Shown here one piece after another: positions 11,083-24,816 of a DNA stretch of 64,000 bases; position 1 is the stretch's first letter, and every line of letters begins with the position of its first letter. The notes under the pieces are model-generated. The model saw only the letters and a list, made by a program, of their open reading frames with translations, was not told the DNA's origin and did not search any database. The position numbers and the translations under genes are program-made. This DNA is from Amoebophrya sp. A120 (taxonomy: Eukaryota > Protista > Dinoflagellata): NCBI GenBank assembly GCA_905178155.1, contig CAJINV010000002.1, positions 7,799,650 to 7,863,649 of the forward strand, written 5' to 3'.

Positions 11083-14000
11083 TCACAACTCCTTCTTCGC
11101 TCCCTCAGGTTCGACGCTGCTTTTGCTGAGTTCAACCTTGGCGGGTTCCTCCTTTTTTGCCGAGGCGGTGGACAAGCGCGCAGCCGTCGGCTTGGCGGCG
11201 GTTCCGTCCGGCTTTTTGTCGTCGGGGAAGATAAGAGCCTCGCAGGTCTCGAGGTAAACCGAGTTCTGGTTCCCCTCGACCGTTACAAATCCCGTGTAGT
11301 CCTTGCCGCTCTTGTGGCCCACCGTGACCGCCTTGACGCGGATGAGTCCGCTGGTTGCCTCTTTTCGCGGGAACGCGATGGCCCGCACTTGGTCGCCCAC
11401 GGTCAGTCGCACCACCGGGCGGAACGCCTTCATCTCGAAGATGTCGGTCAGTACGGTTTGCTTGATTACCACGTAACCCGGAGTGTGGAGCACGAAAAAG
11501 GTACCGCCGCGCGCACCTGTTTATCAAGAGATGAAAGTCGATTTGCACGCCACCAGACCCGGCCTTGACCGACAGAATACAGCGTTGTTACAAGTAAAAT
11601 GTACATAGACTGAAAAATAAAACTGAAGGTGGAGGGCGGGGCCGAAATGAACAAGCGAATAAGTAAGACATCAAGCTAATCTAATCTATCGTACCGTGCA
11701 GCGTGACCCAGCCGCGCTTGAGTGTCTGGTCTTCGTCGGTTGGGCTCGGGACGGTTTCGGCCTCGAACCGCACCATGTCTTCGGACTTCTTGACGTCGCC
11801 AATGAGTCGCACAATGTCGCCCGCCTGCAGGCGGCACACCTTCTGGAACTTGCCCGCAAGACTCTGGCCCTCGGTCATGATCGTCGGCTTGGTGCAGCGG
11901 TAGTGCATCTTCGCGAACAGGTTGGAGAATTCGTCGCAGCTCATGGGCCTCTTGTCGTTGCCGACCAGCACGCTGTAGATCTTTTTGATGATGGCCGGCG
12001 GGATCGGGTCCGACATGGCTTCCTGCATGAAATTGCACACAATCTCGCAACTGATCCACTGTTTGTCCTTCTCTAACTTCTCGTTCTCCGGGTTCAGCTG
12101 CTTCAGTTTCTGCTCAAACAGCTCGACCGGGTCGTTTTCCCGGAAGAAGGTAGCGATCTCCGTGCGGGAACGGAGAAGGATGTCGGACTCCAGGTTTTCC
12201 TTCAGATACGTCCTGTCCACCTGCACGCCGTGCTTGGACTTGAACATGCGCTGCTTCAGACTCGAGTAGCTCGGAAGGCAGGACTGCACGACCTGCGCTT
12301 TCTCCGTGTTGGTCAGCAGTTTGAACTGCTCCTTGTTCTGCAGAAACTTTGCGGGGTCGTTCTCCTTTGACCAGAGTTCGATGTCGTTCAAGAAATGGTC
12401 CAGCTCGTTCACCTTCTCCTCGAAGTGAATCCCCAGCTCGCACAGCTGCTTCGCACTGTGAACCGGCTTCTGATTAATCGCCTTCTTGTTCGGGGAACTG
12501 TCGTCTGCGTCTGGTGATGTGGATGATTTTTTTTCTTTAACATTCATCTAGATGTCGGACATCGAATTTGCTCGCGATATTTCCACGTCCTGCGCGTATT
12601 AAGCATTGACTTGAAGAAAACATCACCAAATAATCTTTCCTAAATTTTCAAATAGAAACGAACTTCGACCGCATCGTGCCGTGATCGAAAATTCTGAACA
12701 ACACGTCTGATGAAATCATGATCTATACATAGCAGCACAAATTTAGTACCCGCAGCAGCCTCCCCTTCCTTTTCCTTGTCGTCTTTGCTGGTTGGCACCT
12801 CTGGTTCTTCCCCGGTGATGTCGGTGTAGAGCTTCTTTTTTATGCTTTCCAACGACGTGACCTTGGCATCCTTCTCCGCGACCTCCTTTTTCACGACCGA
12901 CGCGATCTGCTTGAACTCCCGGAGTTCCAGCCCCTTCTTGTAGGCCACAAATTTCTTGTTCAGCTGCTCCTTGTTCTCCAACTTGCTGCTCTGCGTGTTG
13001 CGCATGAACTCTACCAAGCTGTCCACGTGCTTCTGCACCAGGAACAGCCGGTACTTCAGCCGCAGCATCGGGTCCATGTCCGCCTCGTTCGGCCGGTTCG
13101 GCTCCTTCATCTCCACGTCTTGGTTCTCACCGTCCTTCATCTCCACGTCGCCGTCCTTGTCCGCGGGTGCGGCAGCTGCACTCTTGTTGTCCTCTTCCGC
13201 GTAGCTGTGGTACTTGAGCAGGTCGGGCGTCTTCAGCTCCCGCAGGTACTTCATGATTTGGTCCGACGCCTTCACGCTCTGCAGGTCGCCGAAGTAGAGT
13301 TGCATCTCCTGCCGGATCATGCCCACCTCGCTGTTCACCTTCCGCAGGTGGTTGTCGCACTTCTCGATCAGCGTCTTGAAGTCCTTGTCGAACTCGGGGT
13401 GCATCACGGTGTCGTTGTCGGATTTTGTGTTGCTGTCGTCGCTTTCCGCGTTCGCCCCGAGAATCTTCTCCACGTTCACGTCCTCCAGCTTGCACTGGCT
13501 GTTCATCTGCTTCAGCTTCTGCAGCACCTGCTCGCACTCCTGCTTCACCGACTGCACCGCAATCACCTTCGACTCGCACGCCTTCGGCAGCTCCGTGGCC
13601 AAGACCTGTGACAGATTGCGATTGTACAAGCTGGAAACTACGATGAAGAAATTTATATCGTAGTATAACGTGTTGCGCTGCCTGCTACAATCACGAGAAC
13701 GAATATTCTTCGTCAACCTCGTCGCAACAAGGACACGGGGGGCTTTGCGGTCCTCCAAATCAAAGAAAAAGGAAAAAAAACTTCTAGAAAATTATACCCC
13801 GAGTTCTTTCTGCAGCATTTCGTCGGTCCACTCCTTGCCGGTAATGCGGGTTTTTGCCTCGCCTTCCTGCAAGATGTACATTTTGCCCGTCTCCTCATCC
13901 TTCAACAGGTTCAAGGCACCGGCCTGGCCGCCGCTCTGCTTGGCCTGCAGCACTGCCAGCGACTGCACGAACATGGTGCCGTGGCTGCCCTTCATGGTCA

Positions 14001-17000
14001 CCCAACCCTCCTGACCGTCAATCATCGCACGGACCTTCATTCGCAGCAGCTCCGCCTCCTTGTGCCACTCCGGAGTCGACACAGCGAGCATCTGATGGAG
14101 TGATTTTTTGAGGTAAGTGGACGACGGTTTTCATACCGCTAGAACTCGGCACTTCTTTCTGCTTCGTCTTCATCTTATGCTGCTCATCACGCATGTCCGT
14201 CTACATTTTTCGGCGTCCAGGTCCATTCGCATGCATGTAAATAAACCATAGTACGTCTGCGTGCACAAGAAATCAACAGATGCATTCACGCAGTATTAGA
14301 CAACGTAAGCATGATACCTTTTCATCCTTCTTCACCCTTCGGATAACTTTGAAGCCCTTAAGCTCGTAGGTGTTGGTAATCACGGTCTCCTGCTTTATCA
14401 AATGTAAAAATGTCTGGGTCTGGAAACTTGTGATGCTGGGTGCCGTCTCATGATGAGGCCACAAATGCGGGCTCAGCATGACAGGTTTCTGAGATTCTAG
14501 GTGTTGCCTATTCTGCATGACAAACTGCGTTTCTGCATCACAGAAAAATGGAGCTCTTGGGTAACGTGCATGACAGACTTAAGAGTTATGCTAGACAAGC
14601 ATGACAAACATGCATTCTTCCAGACCCAGACATTTTTGCACTTGATATGCTTGATCTCGTACCCATTCGAGTACTTTTCCAGGTTGTCGAAACTGTTCTT
14701 TGGTTCCCGAATGTTCACCCATCCCTGCAAGCCGTCGCGCACACGAGTCACCTCCACCCGCATCACCTCGTAGGGAGCCTGAGATTGAGTTTTTTGGCAC
14801 GAATATGAACGACCTGCGCGTTCCTGACTTAGTATGAACTTCACGCATTCGCAGCTCAGAAAACTACATCCATCAAAAACCATGCGGATTGATCCTTGTT
14901 CCTTGTCCTGCGTATATATCATAGCACGACGCGTTCTACGCTGCAACAAGCGTTGTACTACCTGTCCCAGGGGCTGGAAGATGACCGTTTCCGGTCCGTT
15001 GATGACGCGGACGACGTCGTCCGCTTCCAGTTTGCCGACCGCGTCTTCCGGGTCGTCCTTCTTCGGCACGACGCTCTCCTTGGACGCGGTCACGTCGCAG
15101 GGGTTGATGCACATGTAGTGCGCCGCCATGATGAAGAGCGCGAACTCCTGGATGGACAGCTTTTCCTGCACGGCCGCGTCCTCGGTGGCCTGGTAGTCCA
15201 TGATGGTCGCCTGCGCCTGCGCCCGCTGCTCCTCGGACCAGGTCGCGTCCGGCTTGTTCTGCAGAGCCTTCTCGTGGCGCTGCAGCGAGGTCACTGCCTT
15301 GCGCCACGCGGACGGCAGGTACTTCTTCAGCAGCATAATGTTCTCGTTGCCGCCACCTGAACGTAAAAAGATGTTAGTTTATGATGCGGCTTGTACAGGG
15401 TAGTCAATATATAAGCACAGAATCAAAAACGCTTTCTAAAAGAGCGTCCGCTCTTCAGCACTCTTCTTCAGAGGAAATCAATAGAAACAAAACAATAACA
15501 AAGAGTAAATCGTACCAGCCAGCAGATCGTCAACGAAGAACCGGATTGCCTGCTCGTACGTGATCGTATCCGCTCCCTCACTGATGGCCTTGAAGAGGTC
15601 CTCCTTGGACTTGCCGTCTTCCGCCAACCGAGCGTGGATGGCGTTGGACAGGAAGACCGCGAATTTTTCGTCCTCCTCCTGCGACTTCTCGCGGACCTCC
15701 TTCTCCTTCAGGTTCAGCGACGACAGATTCTTTCGCACCCGGTTCAGGGCCTTGGTCAGCGTGCCCTTCAACCCACCGGACATGTTGGTGTCCGGGTGGT
15801 CCAAATCCGCCTGCAGGATGTCATACAGTCCCAGCACTTCGGACTGCGTGTTCGCGATCGACTTCAAAGTCACGTCCGCAGCAGAAATCGACGCGGATTT
15901 CTGTTTTTGTAGTGGTTTGGAAAGGTTAAAAAATCGCACAGTAGGTCATTTGACTAGGCCACACCCTCCAAATTCTTACTTTATCTTCTACCGTGCTCGT
16001 ACAAAAATAGCAAAAGAAAAAGTGCTCAAGATTCTTTCAAGTACCTTGACGAGGTAATCGGCGAACATGCCGATTTCGTTGGCCCGCAAGCTCTTTTTCT
16101 GCGCTTCCCGACGCACCCGCTCCTGCTCCTCTGCTTTGCGCTTTCGCTCCTCCTCGTCCTTCTTGCGCTGGATCTCCTTCTTGGCCTTGGCAATCGGAGC
16201 CGCAATCGTGCGCTTCACCTCGTTCAGGTCCTTAATCAACTGGTCCGCGGCCTTCTGGCGCTCTTCGATGAGCGGTTTCAGTTCCTTGGCTTTCTCCTCA
16301 CCGAGCACACGGAAGGTCGCGTTCAAGTCGCCTGGGTACAGAGTGGGGAGATGTCACAGGATCAAATTCTTGCTAGCGACGCGCGCAATATCAAGCCGTA
16401 CTAATCAGGTCTGAAACACGAAAATTGACTATATCGAATCGCAATTTTAAATCTACTGCTTGAAAAAGCTTCGCAGTGAAAAAGCAGAAATAAAAGAGAG
16501 TCAAATGTTTATCAAGTATACCAATGTAGTCCTTGAAGCCAGCCATGGCCTTTCGTGCGGCCGCCTCCGTGATCACGACTTTCTCGTCGATGGCCACAAT
16601 GTCGTCCGGGGACGAGTGCTCGCCCAGCTCGCACGTGAGCAGAACGGTCTCGTCTTTGGTCTGCTCCACATGCGCCTCCAGGTCCGCAACCAATTCCTTC
16701 AGCCGCGGCTCCATCTCGGTTTTCAAGGCCTCAAACTTCTTCTCCAGGGCGTCCGCGCACTCCTCTGTGAAAAAAATGATGAGACAATATATTGCGCTTT
16801 GATGATGCAGAGTTTGATCATCTTGTTGTATGTTTCTCTTCCTTGGCTTTTGAGTGTTTGCCACAATGATTCAAATAAGTGACGAGGCTAGAAATATAAG
16901 TACATGAAAGCAGTAGCAGCAGTACACAGAGAACGCATGAACAACTCTTTTGCAGACAATAAAAACCAATACTTTCTCGCGCCGCGAGCTGTTCCTCGGC

Positions 17001-18146
17001 CTTGGACACGCGATCCTTGATCGGATCGAGCTTCACTTCCTGGTCGCCGGTAAACGCCTGTTTTTGCTGGGCCTCAATAAACTTCTTGGTTGAGGCTAAA
17101 GCGTTGTTGGCCACCTGCACCGCGCGTTGGGCGTCCGCGCTGTTTTTATCCGCCTCCAGCGCCTTTTCCACCGCCTTCTCGATGTTACCCACCTGCTGCT
17201 CCAGGTTCTGCAGGGTCTTCTGCTGACGCAAGGCGACAGTCGGGTGTACCGCGGAGGGGACCACGGGGGGAGATCTGAAAAGGGGGTTGTTTCGCAGGAT
17301 GTCAGAGTGATATGAGTCTTCATCATCATCTCTTCGTCAAAGCTCCTGAGAAGCCTAAAACTTGTAGTGCATATCATAAAATCTCCACGCCCGTCGTGGT
17401 GAATAAAACGCAAGCAACTACAAGGACTATCAGGGCTGTCCGCTTGATTTGCGTTTACTGGCACTTCATGTTCATTGTAGGTTACAATTTCCATAACATA
17501 ATTCTTTCCCCAAGTAGAACGAAGCGATTGAATTGCTTATACCCTTCGGTTTTCTGCACTTTCGCCTGCGGTGCGTCGGTGGCTTCCATACCCGGGCGCT
17601 TGGCCCCGGCGGGCGAGAGGAGGAGCTTGACCGCGGGATCCGGGGTGGCCTCGTGCCAGGGCACACGCCAGCCGCTCGCCGGCGGTTTCTGGTCCTTGGA
17701 CGGGTTGAAGGCCCACACCTGCTCACCACCCACGACCGGGGCGACCCACCAACCAGACATGGCCTCGCCATCACGATCGTCCCAGAAGTAAATGCCTGTG
17801 TGTATTTTTTGGTAAAGATAATATAAACCCCGTCATCCTGCCTACAAATTGTCGTGCGATCTCCTGGTTCCGTTCGCATTCCAGACCACACGTAACGAGT
17901 GGCGCTGAATAAATAAGCTCCACACGTGAAGAAGAAGAAGAAGATTCTCAAATTCGCTCTGGGCTGAATAAACTTCCATCCAGTAAACAATGCTGTACAG
18001 CTCGCGTCGCAGCCCTCGATGCCGGTGGTTTCTCTTCTCCACTGCAACTTTCCATGGTTGTTGCCGGGCAGCTGGTCGTAGCTTCCGTTCAACGGAGACA
18101 GGTGCGAGGCAAACCCGCTCGCATTGATAGTGTAGGACGTTGTCAT
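11083..18146 (-). CDS. Large 13-exon coiled-coil protein with repeated SH3-like (GWVT) modules and EF-hand-like segments
   Basis: GC3-rich exons joined by 11 phase-compatible GT-AG introns (e.g. 17796-17998) plus one TIR intron (14396-14652). Repeated motif LQGWVNIR / QEGWVTMKGSHGTMF / KRGWVTLHG / YTGFVTVEGNQNSVYL. N-terminal LNGSY...NHGK...YFWD...GWW...PPASGW module. Function unknown. Confidence 0.8.
14396..14647. mobile_element. TIR introner, subfamily A (252 bp), TSD TGCTT
   Basis: 30-bp TIR TATCAAATGTAAAAATGTCTGGGTCTGGAA (2 mismatches between ends). TGCTT at 14391-14395 and 14648-14652. Removal restores NGYEIK-QETVIT. Confidence 0.93.
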
Positions 18147-19856
18147 TTTGCTTTTCTAGAGAAGTGGAGTTGTTCTTGAAAACTTCTTTTCTAAATCGAA
18201 ATAGATATTATGTAAACCGCCGGCGTGCTCTACTTGTTTACTTGTTCTGCACCGAACGGCTTTACAAGTTGCGATGAAATACTTTGCTAATGCTACTATT
18301 TTTGCAACCAACGGAGCAAGCTACAATCAAATGTTTCGTGGAAATCTATTTTTATTACGTTGGAACAGAATAGCCATTCAATTACCGCTGTAAGAAAGTA
18401 CGGAGTAATTTTGTATCCGATCGAAAAAGGTTTTTTTTTGCGAAAACGCACTCTTTTGCTTTATTGCGTTCGTCTTCGTTGTGCTCAAAATACAGCTCGA
18501 CGTTATCCGCAGAAATATAAACACAGTCTCAGATGAAGAAATGCGAACTACAGCTTTGAAATGATGATGGGTGGGACCACTGTGGCGCTGCAGAGGATCG
18601 CAAAAAAAGATTTTCAAAGCACGTTTTCCATGACCGCATTCTTCGTGAAAAGGGCGGGACAAAAATGCACACGGATCTGCTGAAATTTTATTGGACCACT
18701 GGATTTTTCATGATTTTGTGATCGTACCAAATCAAAGCGGACTCTGAGGCATGCAAATCTTCATTGGTTCTCGCTTACCAGTGAAACTCTGTGTATCTTT
18801 CGCACACATGATCGATAAGATCCATCGCAAACATTTTTATAGATCTGATGATCTCTTCCTGGAAAAATTCGTCTCAGTACACTAGTCCAGTACCTACACA
18901 AGCATTCCTTCAGAACCTCCCTAGCAATACGTGCCTCGCTACGCTAATCCGTATTAGAAGCAGGCTACTTCCGCGAACTGAATGCGATATACCTGCTAGA
19001 ACACTATATCGTCTTCGTATGCGTCTCTCTGTGCACGATAGCTTTGTTTAGATTTCTTTCACTTCTGCGCTCTGGTTGTGGTTTCGTTTGATCATTGCAT
19101 TTTCGGTGTACCATAGCTGTATTCATCTTCGTCTGTATTCAGTTGACGCACATGGACGTCTCGCTACTCTCTCATACCTATTCAAACCAGTGAAAAAAAG
19201 CAGCGCGTAGTCCATAGTGCGCTTGAGTCTACTACGTGCGGTGCACTCATCAATTGTCGTTTACTGTGTTCTTGACTCGAAACGGGCATCAAAAGCTCAC
19301 TTTTCAGAGTTCAAAGTAGATTTGCTGAAATTCTATCGTATCTACACACGGAGGCTCCTCTCCGGTCACGACGCGAATACGAACTGCGAAACGTGTAATA
19401 AGTAATTTTTCCTACAGTTACATTTTTATTTGTGCTTTCGTTCATGTTTTTACGATTGTCGTCGAGATTGAGAAGCAGTAGACCAATCAAAATGAGCACC
19501 TGATGGACATAAAGCAGAGACACCACAAAACGTTAGCCAGCTCGTGGTATCGTGAAAATAAGTTCATTAGACTGCATGTTGTTACTAGTTCAGATTTTCC
19601 TAGTTCGCTTGTATCTCTCGTGGATCCGCAATTAATCGATTCCTTGCACTCATAGTGTAAAACTAAAAATGCTTGAAATAATGATCATTTCAATCTGCTA
19701 GCATCGCCTGCTTCGAAGCCGTTTGCCGTCTTTTTCATCCGCAGAGCTGCTTGTTGGCTCCGGTTATGATTCTCCTCGCGTCCTATCAGCAGCGACAGCG
19801 ACATTGATCAGCGAAACTCTTAGATAGTAATAGCAACTTTTCGTCCTTCCCCAACA

Positions 19857-22800
19857 CTACAGCTCCACACTTTCCGCGTTCACAGCTGGTGGTCCTCCGA
19901 CTGCGTTGTCACCACCAGCAGTTCCGCCCGGAGCTAATCCGGAATCCCCTGCCGGCACGTGATGGAAGTGCTGATGTACTTGCTTTAACCGTTTCTGCAC
20001 GACCGCGGGGTCGCTCGCCCGGGACGCCCACTTTTCCATCTGCTGGTCGCGTTCCGTGCCAAAGAGTCGCATCTGGGTCTGGAGCTTGTCGCCGCCCCCG
20101 GCCATCTTCTTGCGCAGGATTAAATTCTGCTTCGCAGTCATCGAGGCAAAATTGTCTTGGCAACCCTGGGAGAGATTTGTTAGGGATTTTCATTCTTTAT
20201 TTTTGCGAAATCAAACTCATCAATATATATTTTCTATCTTTCTTTCTGTGCCCAGGCACGGCATCAAAAGTCCGAGGCCCTAAAAGATCCGTCGTCAATA
20301 ATATTTTTGGTTATGCTCCTGTGGCGGTTCATTATGCATTAGAGCAGCTTCATCTAACTCCCTCTGTTTTATTGCAACACCGTAAACCAAGTTCATGTTT
20401 GCACCACAAGGCCATGATCTAGCTACTTCTCTTTATCTTCTATACCTGGTAAAACCCCACCATTTCCATTTTCATCGCCAACCTGACGCGCTGCTCTTCG
20501 ACGTCCCCTTGTTCGGCTGAACTGGTTGAGTAGCTCCTAGGCCGACTTCTTCCGAGCAGTTGTGCTTGTGCATCTCCCCCCATCATGTTACCCGCCGTAC
20601 CCCGTGGTCCCACACGTTGATCGCTACTCCCCGCATTGTTGTTCATCATCGCTCCTGCGGTTGATGTAGTAGAAGAAGTAACTCCACCTCCTGCACCTCC
20701 TCCAGCACAGCTGTAGAGCCCACTCAGGGGCACGCTCTCCTTCAGCCGGGGCCGCCGGGTCGCGGCGTTCTTCCTGCGCGCGATGTAGGCCGGTACCGCG
20801 TTTGCGCGAAAAGGTGGCACGGGCTCGCGGAGAAACAGCGCGCGCTCCCGCTCGTCCGGCGACAAAGAGCGGGCGCCCCCACCACCACCAGGCTGCACGG
20901 AGGTACCCTGTTGCAGTGAGGAAGTCATTGTTGTCGCAGGACCATGGTGGAGTTGCGACTGGGGAGCGGAACCGGAGGTGGATGATACATTATGCTGTCC
21001 CGTAGTTGCATTTGTTGAGGTATTACAATGAAAAATGCCCCCAGCCCCGAACTTGAAAGCATTTGTATTGCAAATCTTTCCAAATGAAACATTCGCCCTC
21101 TTGCGTGTATCAGCATCACAGATTTCCGATCGTGAATAGCAAAAATTTGTATTGCAAAAGATCCCAGCAAGAGCGGTGCTTGTCATGCAAGCGATGCGAA
21201 ACACGACTAGATTCTGCATCAGAAAGATTCGTACTCCTTTCATGCATGACAAAAAGCTTTCATTTGGAAACTTCGCATCACAAATTCTTGCAATTTCAGG
21301 GGTGGGGGGCATTTTTCACTTTGATATGAGGCGGCCATGGCGGACGCAATGGTTTGCCGCTGCAACTGCTGGGAGGAAGAAGACGATGCGATGATAGAGT
21401 TGTGCGTTTGCTGCAGCGGCTGCGTCTGTCCCAGGTTGTTGTAGTTCTGGTTCAACATTTGATTGTGAGGTGGTCCAGCTCCAGTTTTGTTCGAAGATGA
21501 AACCGTCATTGCTCCTGCGTGCTTGGCGGCGACGACTTTTTGCGAAACCGGACTGGCCCCGACCTCCTTCAGGTTCTCCTCCGGCACGCTGGGCAGCGCC
21601 TGCCAGGTGGCCGCCAAACTGGACCGCCGGCTGTTGGGGGTCGACCCGGATGCTTTGGTCGCTGGCGCGCCCGTGGCTGTCCGCGACTTGCTGTGTGCGG
21701 AGCTGCCCGAGAGCGCCCCGCTCAGGTCGATGGTCTGCGAAAGGGCAGCCACCCCCGTTTTGCGCGACGCAATCACCGGGAGCTGGGGTGGCGGGGGAGG
21801 TGGCTGCATCGTAGCTTCGGGTTCGCGGCGCGTCGCGGCCGAGGGACTGCTCACGGAACCCGATATACCCGGGGCCGCAGCACCGGCGCCATCTTTCGCT
21901 GCACTGCCGCTCGTTGGCGTCATCGAAGCAGATTGGTTATTCGCGTGCACATTATTTGCCGTACTAGAAGTGCTTTTTTGTGGGCTTGCGTGTGAAACCG
22001 TGGCGGCCAAGCTAAACGAAGTCCCGGCCAGGACGTCGCTGCTGGCTTTTGGGGTTGCGGCTTCTTGTTCTATTTTCGGAGTCAGAGAGGACATCGTGCG
22101 GTCGCTTACAGCAGCTCCCGGAGATCCCCGCACCGTAGAGCTCGCCGACCGCCGAATGTTTTCCATCGTGGACAGCATTTTTGCGTGCTGACTCTCGCTG
22201 ATGCCGTTCCTGTCTGACTCGTCCGCTTGTGGTTCTATATCGGTAAAATTCGACAAAAATCCAGACATCTTCTTGCTCTCAGCACTAGCTTTCTCCCTCT
22301 TCGCAACCCACCCGCCGCCGTAATCCTCGCTTCCTTCCTCCGTAGCGACCCGCGCGCCCGAAGAAGACTTGGGGGTCGCAGCAAAGAGCTCGAAATCATC
22401 CGGCGTCATCGTGTAGTTTTTGCTGTTCAGATGACTCGCTGCTCCAGCAGGAGCAGCACGCGCGTTATTGAAGAACGCAGATTCCTTCACGGCCACGCTC
22501 TCCTGCACGCTCTGGTCCTTCGGCGCCGGCGGGGGCGGGGGCGTTGGGTCCCGTCGCGTCGCGTGGAAGTCCTTGGCGTTCGCCACCGCCCACTCCTCCT
22601 TCGGCCCGTCGTCTTCCCAGAAGGACTTCTTTGGCGTCTGCTCGGCGTTTGCCACATATTTGGGAATCAGGGGCAGCGGCGGCACGGACGCCGCCCGCTT
22701 CGATTTCGTCGAAGTTTTTGAACCCGCCGCACGTGTTGTACTACTAGCAGCACCGTTTTGAGCGGACGAACCTCCTTGTTGCAGCGCCGACGTGGCAATG

Positions 22801-24816
22801 TCTTGGTTCACCGCAGCACTGCTTGTCGTGTCCATCTCCGCTCCACCGGCAGCTCCCGCACCACTACTACCCCCGGTCGCGGTGCCCTTCGGCACGTATT
22901 CGAACCCGTTCTCGGTTACGACGATTTTGGTGTTGGCGGGAATGGCAGCGCTGCTGGTCGCCGCCGTCTGGCTCATCAGATGTTCCAACGTCATCGAGCT
23001 GTTCAAACTCTTCGTCGCCGGTTGCGGGTTGCTGTATGTGCGGTACAAACTCCGCTTCGAGGAGGACGCCGAACCACTGAAGCGGTCGGTCGCCGGGGTC
23101 AGCAGCGGGTTTGCACTCAGCCGCGCGAACACGTCCGGAATTTTGCCGTTCCCTGCCGCAGTCGAGGAGCCCCCGACGTCCTGCCGCCCGGTCGTTGTGG
23201 TCGCGCCGTCGTACGTTTGTGAAAACGAGGAGTTTGTGGCTGCTGTGCTCGCCATGGTAGAAACCGTGTTGGATTGGTCCTGCAACCGCTTCTTGTGCTC
23301 GCGGACGATGGACGAAATATTGGCCGCGGTAGAGCAGTTGGACCCCGCCATGGCGCTCATGTTGTACAAGGACTTCGCCCGGAGCTGCTCCTCCCGCCTT
23401 CTCGCCTCCTCCTCCCACTTGCGATCTTTCCTATCAGAGTGCAGAAAGCGTCACTCCCCTCGCCTCATTCTTTTGTTTTAGTTTTTTGCAACAAAATTAC
23501 AAGTATCCCGATTGCTGTTTTCTTTTTTTGCAGTCGTGACTTGAGTGACAAGTTGAGGACCGTGCCGAAAGAGCTGAATATTCCGTCCGATCATTTTATT
23601 TTGTATCTTTCATGCAATAGGTAGCTCATTGATGTCATTTCTTCACTGTCGCAATTTCATTTTGTCTGAGAGGCGAGAGGGGACTTGGTTGTACCATGTG
23701 ATACGTGCGCCGCTCCAGCGTAATGCTGGAGTCCGATGTGACGGACGCGTTGTGCGAGGCATTGCCTCCCCGACGGGTGGACGTGTAATTAGATCCGGTA
23801 GTCGCTCCTGCTGCACCGCCGGCTGTTGCTCCAGCACCGCCACGGCCTGGTCTTGTCGGCGACATTGAAAAATTTCCTTGCGAACTAGAGGAACTGCCAG
23901 TGGGAGCGCCAGCACTACCGTGGATGTTCCCCGCTGCCATGCTGGAGAGCTGGTAGTTCAGCTTGCGCTTTTCCTCCTGCTCCTTCAGGAACGTTTCCAC
24001 ACTGAACTCGGCCTGCGCAAACACGTTCGACGTGTTCTGGGCAATCTCGGTGGCATTCGACTGTGTGATGATGTTCTGGGTGGTGGCAAACATCTGCGCA
24101 TTCTTCTCCACCTCGGAGGAGCTCTTTACCCGAAACTTGTTGCTCTGCGAAATCAAGTTTGCGCCAGCCAACCGGTGCATATGCTTGCGGCTCTCCTGGA
24201 GTTGTAGCGGTTTGGTGTTTCTTTTCCGCCCTTACCCTTAGGGGAGCCAAAACAATTTTCGGTGTCAGATTTTTATTAAAACTTTTTTCTAATCACGCAC
24301 TCTTGCGTAGTAAGTACAGCTAAAGATTTATTCAGCTGACATGAAGCGTGTGCTGTGCCATGATGCCTTGTGGGCATCGAACAAGTTCTCCGCGAGTCAA
24401 ATCATGTATTTATACCTCATCCGCTTCCGAGGTCGAAGCTCCTTTTCCCGGACTCCTCTGCGGATTGTTATACGGCACGCCGAGTAAGGGCTTGCTCTGC
24501 ATCGCTGTCGGACTATCACGTCGGAAATACGTAGATAAGTACCCAGCAACACACCCTTCAGGTGGATTTTTCGCACTCAAACGGATGCATGTGAATGTCG
24601 AAGTCACAGTCAGTGTTTCTCTTTGCAAATACTTATATAGCTGAAGCCGTAAAAAATTTGACTGAAGCTCCTGTAAGTGCTATATGCAAATGAGCTGGTG
24701 TGGTGGGTACTTGTTACACTTTTTCCCGACTGATATGGCACAGAGGCATGGTCTTTTTCGAGCCGCTTCGACAGTTGGTCCAGCAGCGCGTCCGAAGGCT
24801 GGAAGGCTTTAAACAT
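19857..24816 (-). CDS. Hypothetical Ser/Ala/Thr/Gly-rich low-complexity protein, about 6 exons
   Basis: ORFs 24610-24816, 24410-24628, 23635-24180, 21240-23369, 20440-21312 and 19857-20141 can be chained. Most junctions are GT-AG and one is a TIR intron; the first junction was not resolved. No recognisable domain. Confidence 0.65.
21021..21326. mobile_element. TIR introner, variant TIR (306 bp), TSD TGAGG
   Basis: Ends TATTACAATGAAAAATGCCCCC and GGGGGCATTTTTCACTTTGATA. TGAGG at 21016-21020 and 21327-21331. Removal joins SAMAAS-TNATTG in frame. Confidence 0.9.
23432..23703. mobile_element. Decayed TATC...GATA element inside a canonical GT-AG intron (23431-23704)
   Basis: Ends TATCAGAGTGCAGAA and (reverse complement) TATCACATGGTACAA match 10/15. 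The minus-strand intron reads GTATC...GATAG and is phase-compatible (ERRT-KDRKWEE). Confidence 0.55.

Noticed and set aside
14497-14650. Recurring peptides IKCKNVWVWK / FQTQTFL in several ORFs (also at 27.6, 33.1 and 62.0-62.3 kb) as a shared protein domain
   Set aside because: They are translations of the element TIR read through from adjacent exons.
24244-24252. TTTTGGCTC partial spliced-leader match on the minus strand
   Set aside because: Only 9 nt and inside a predicted intron; compatible with chance.
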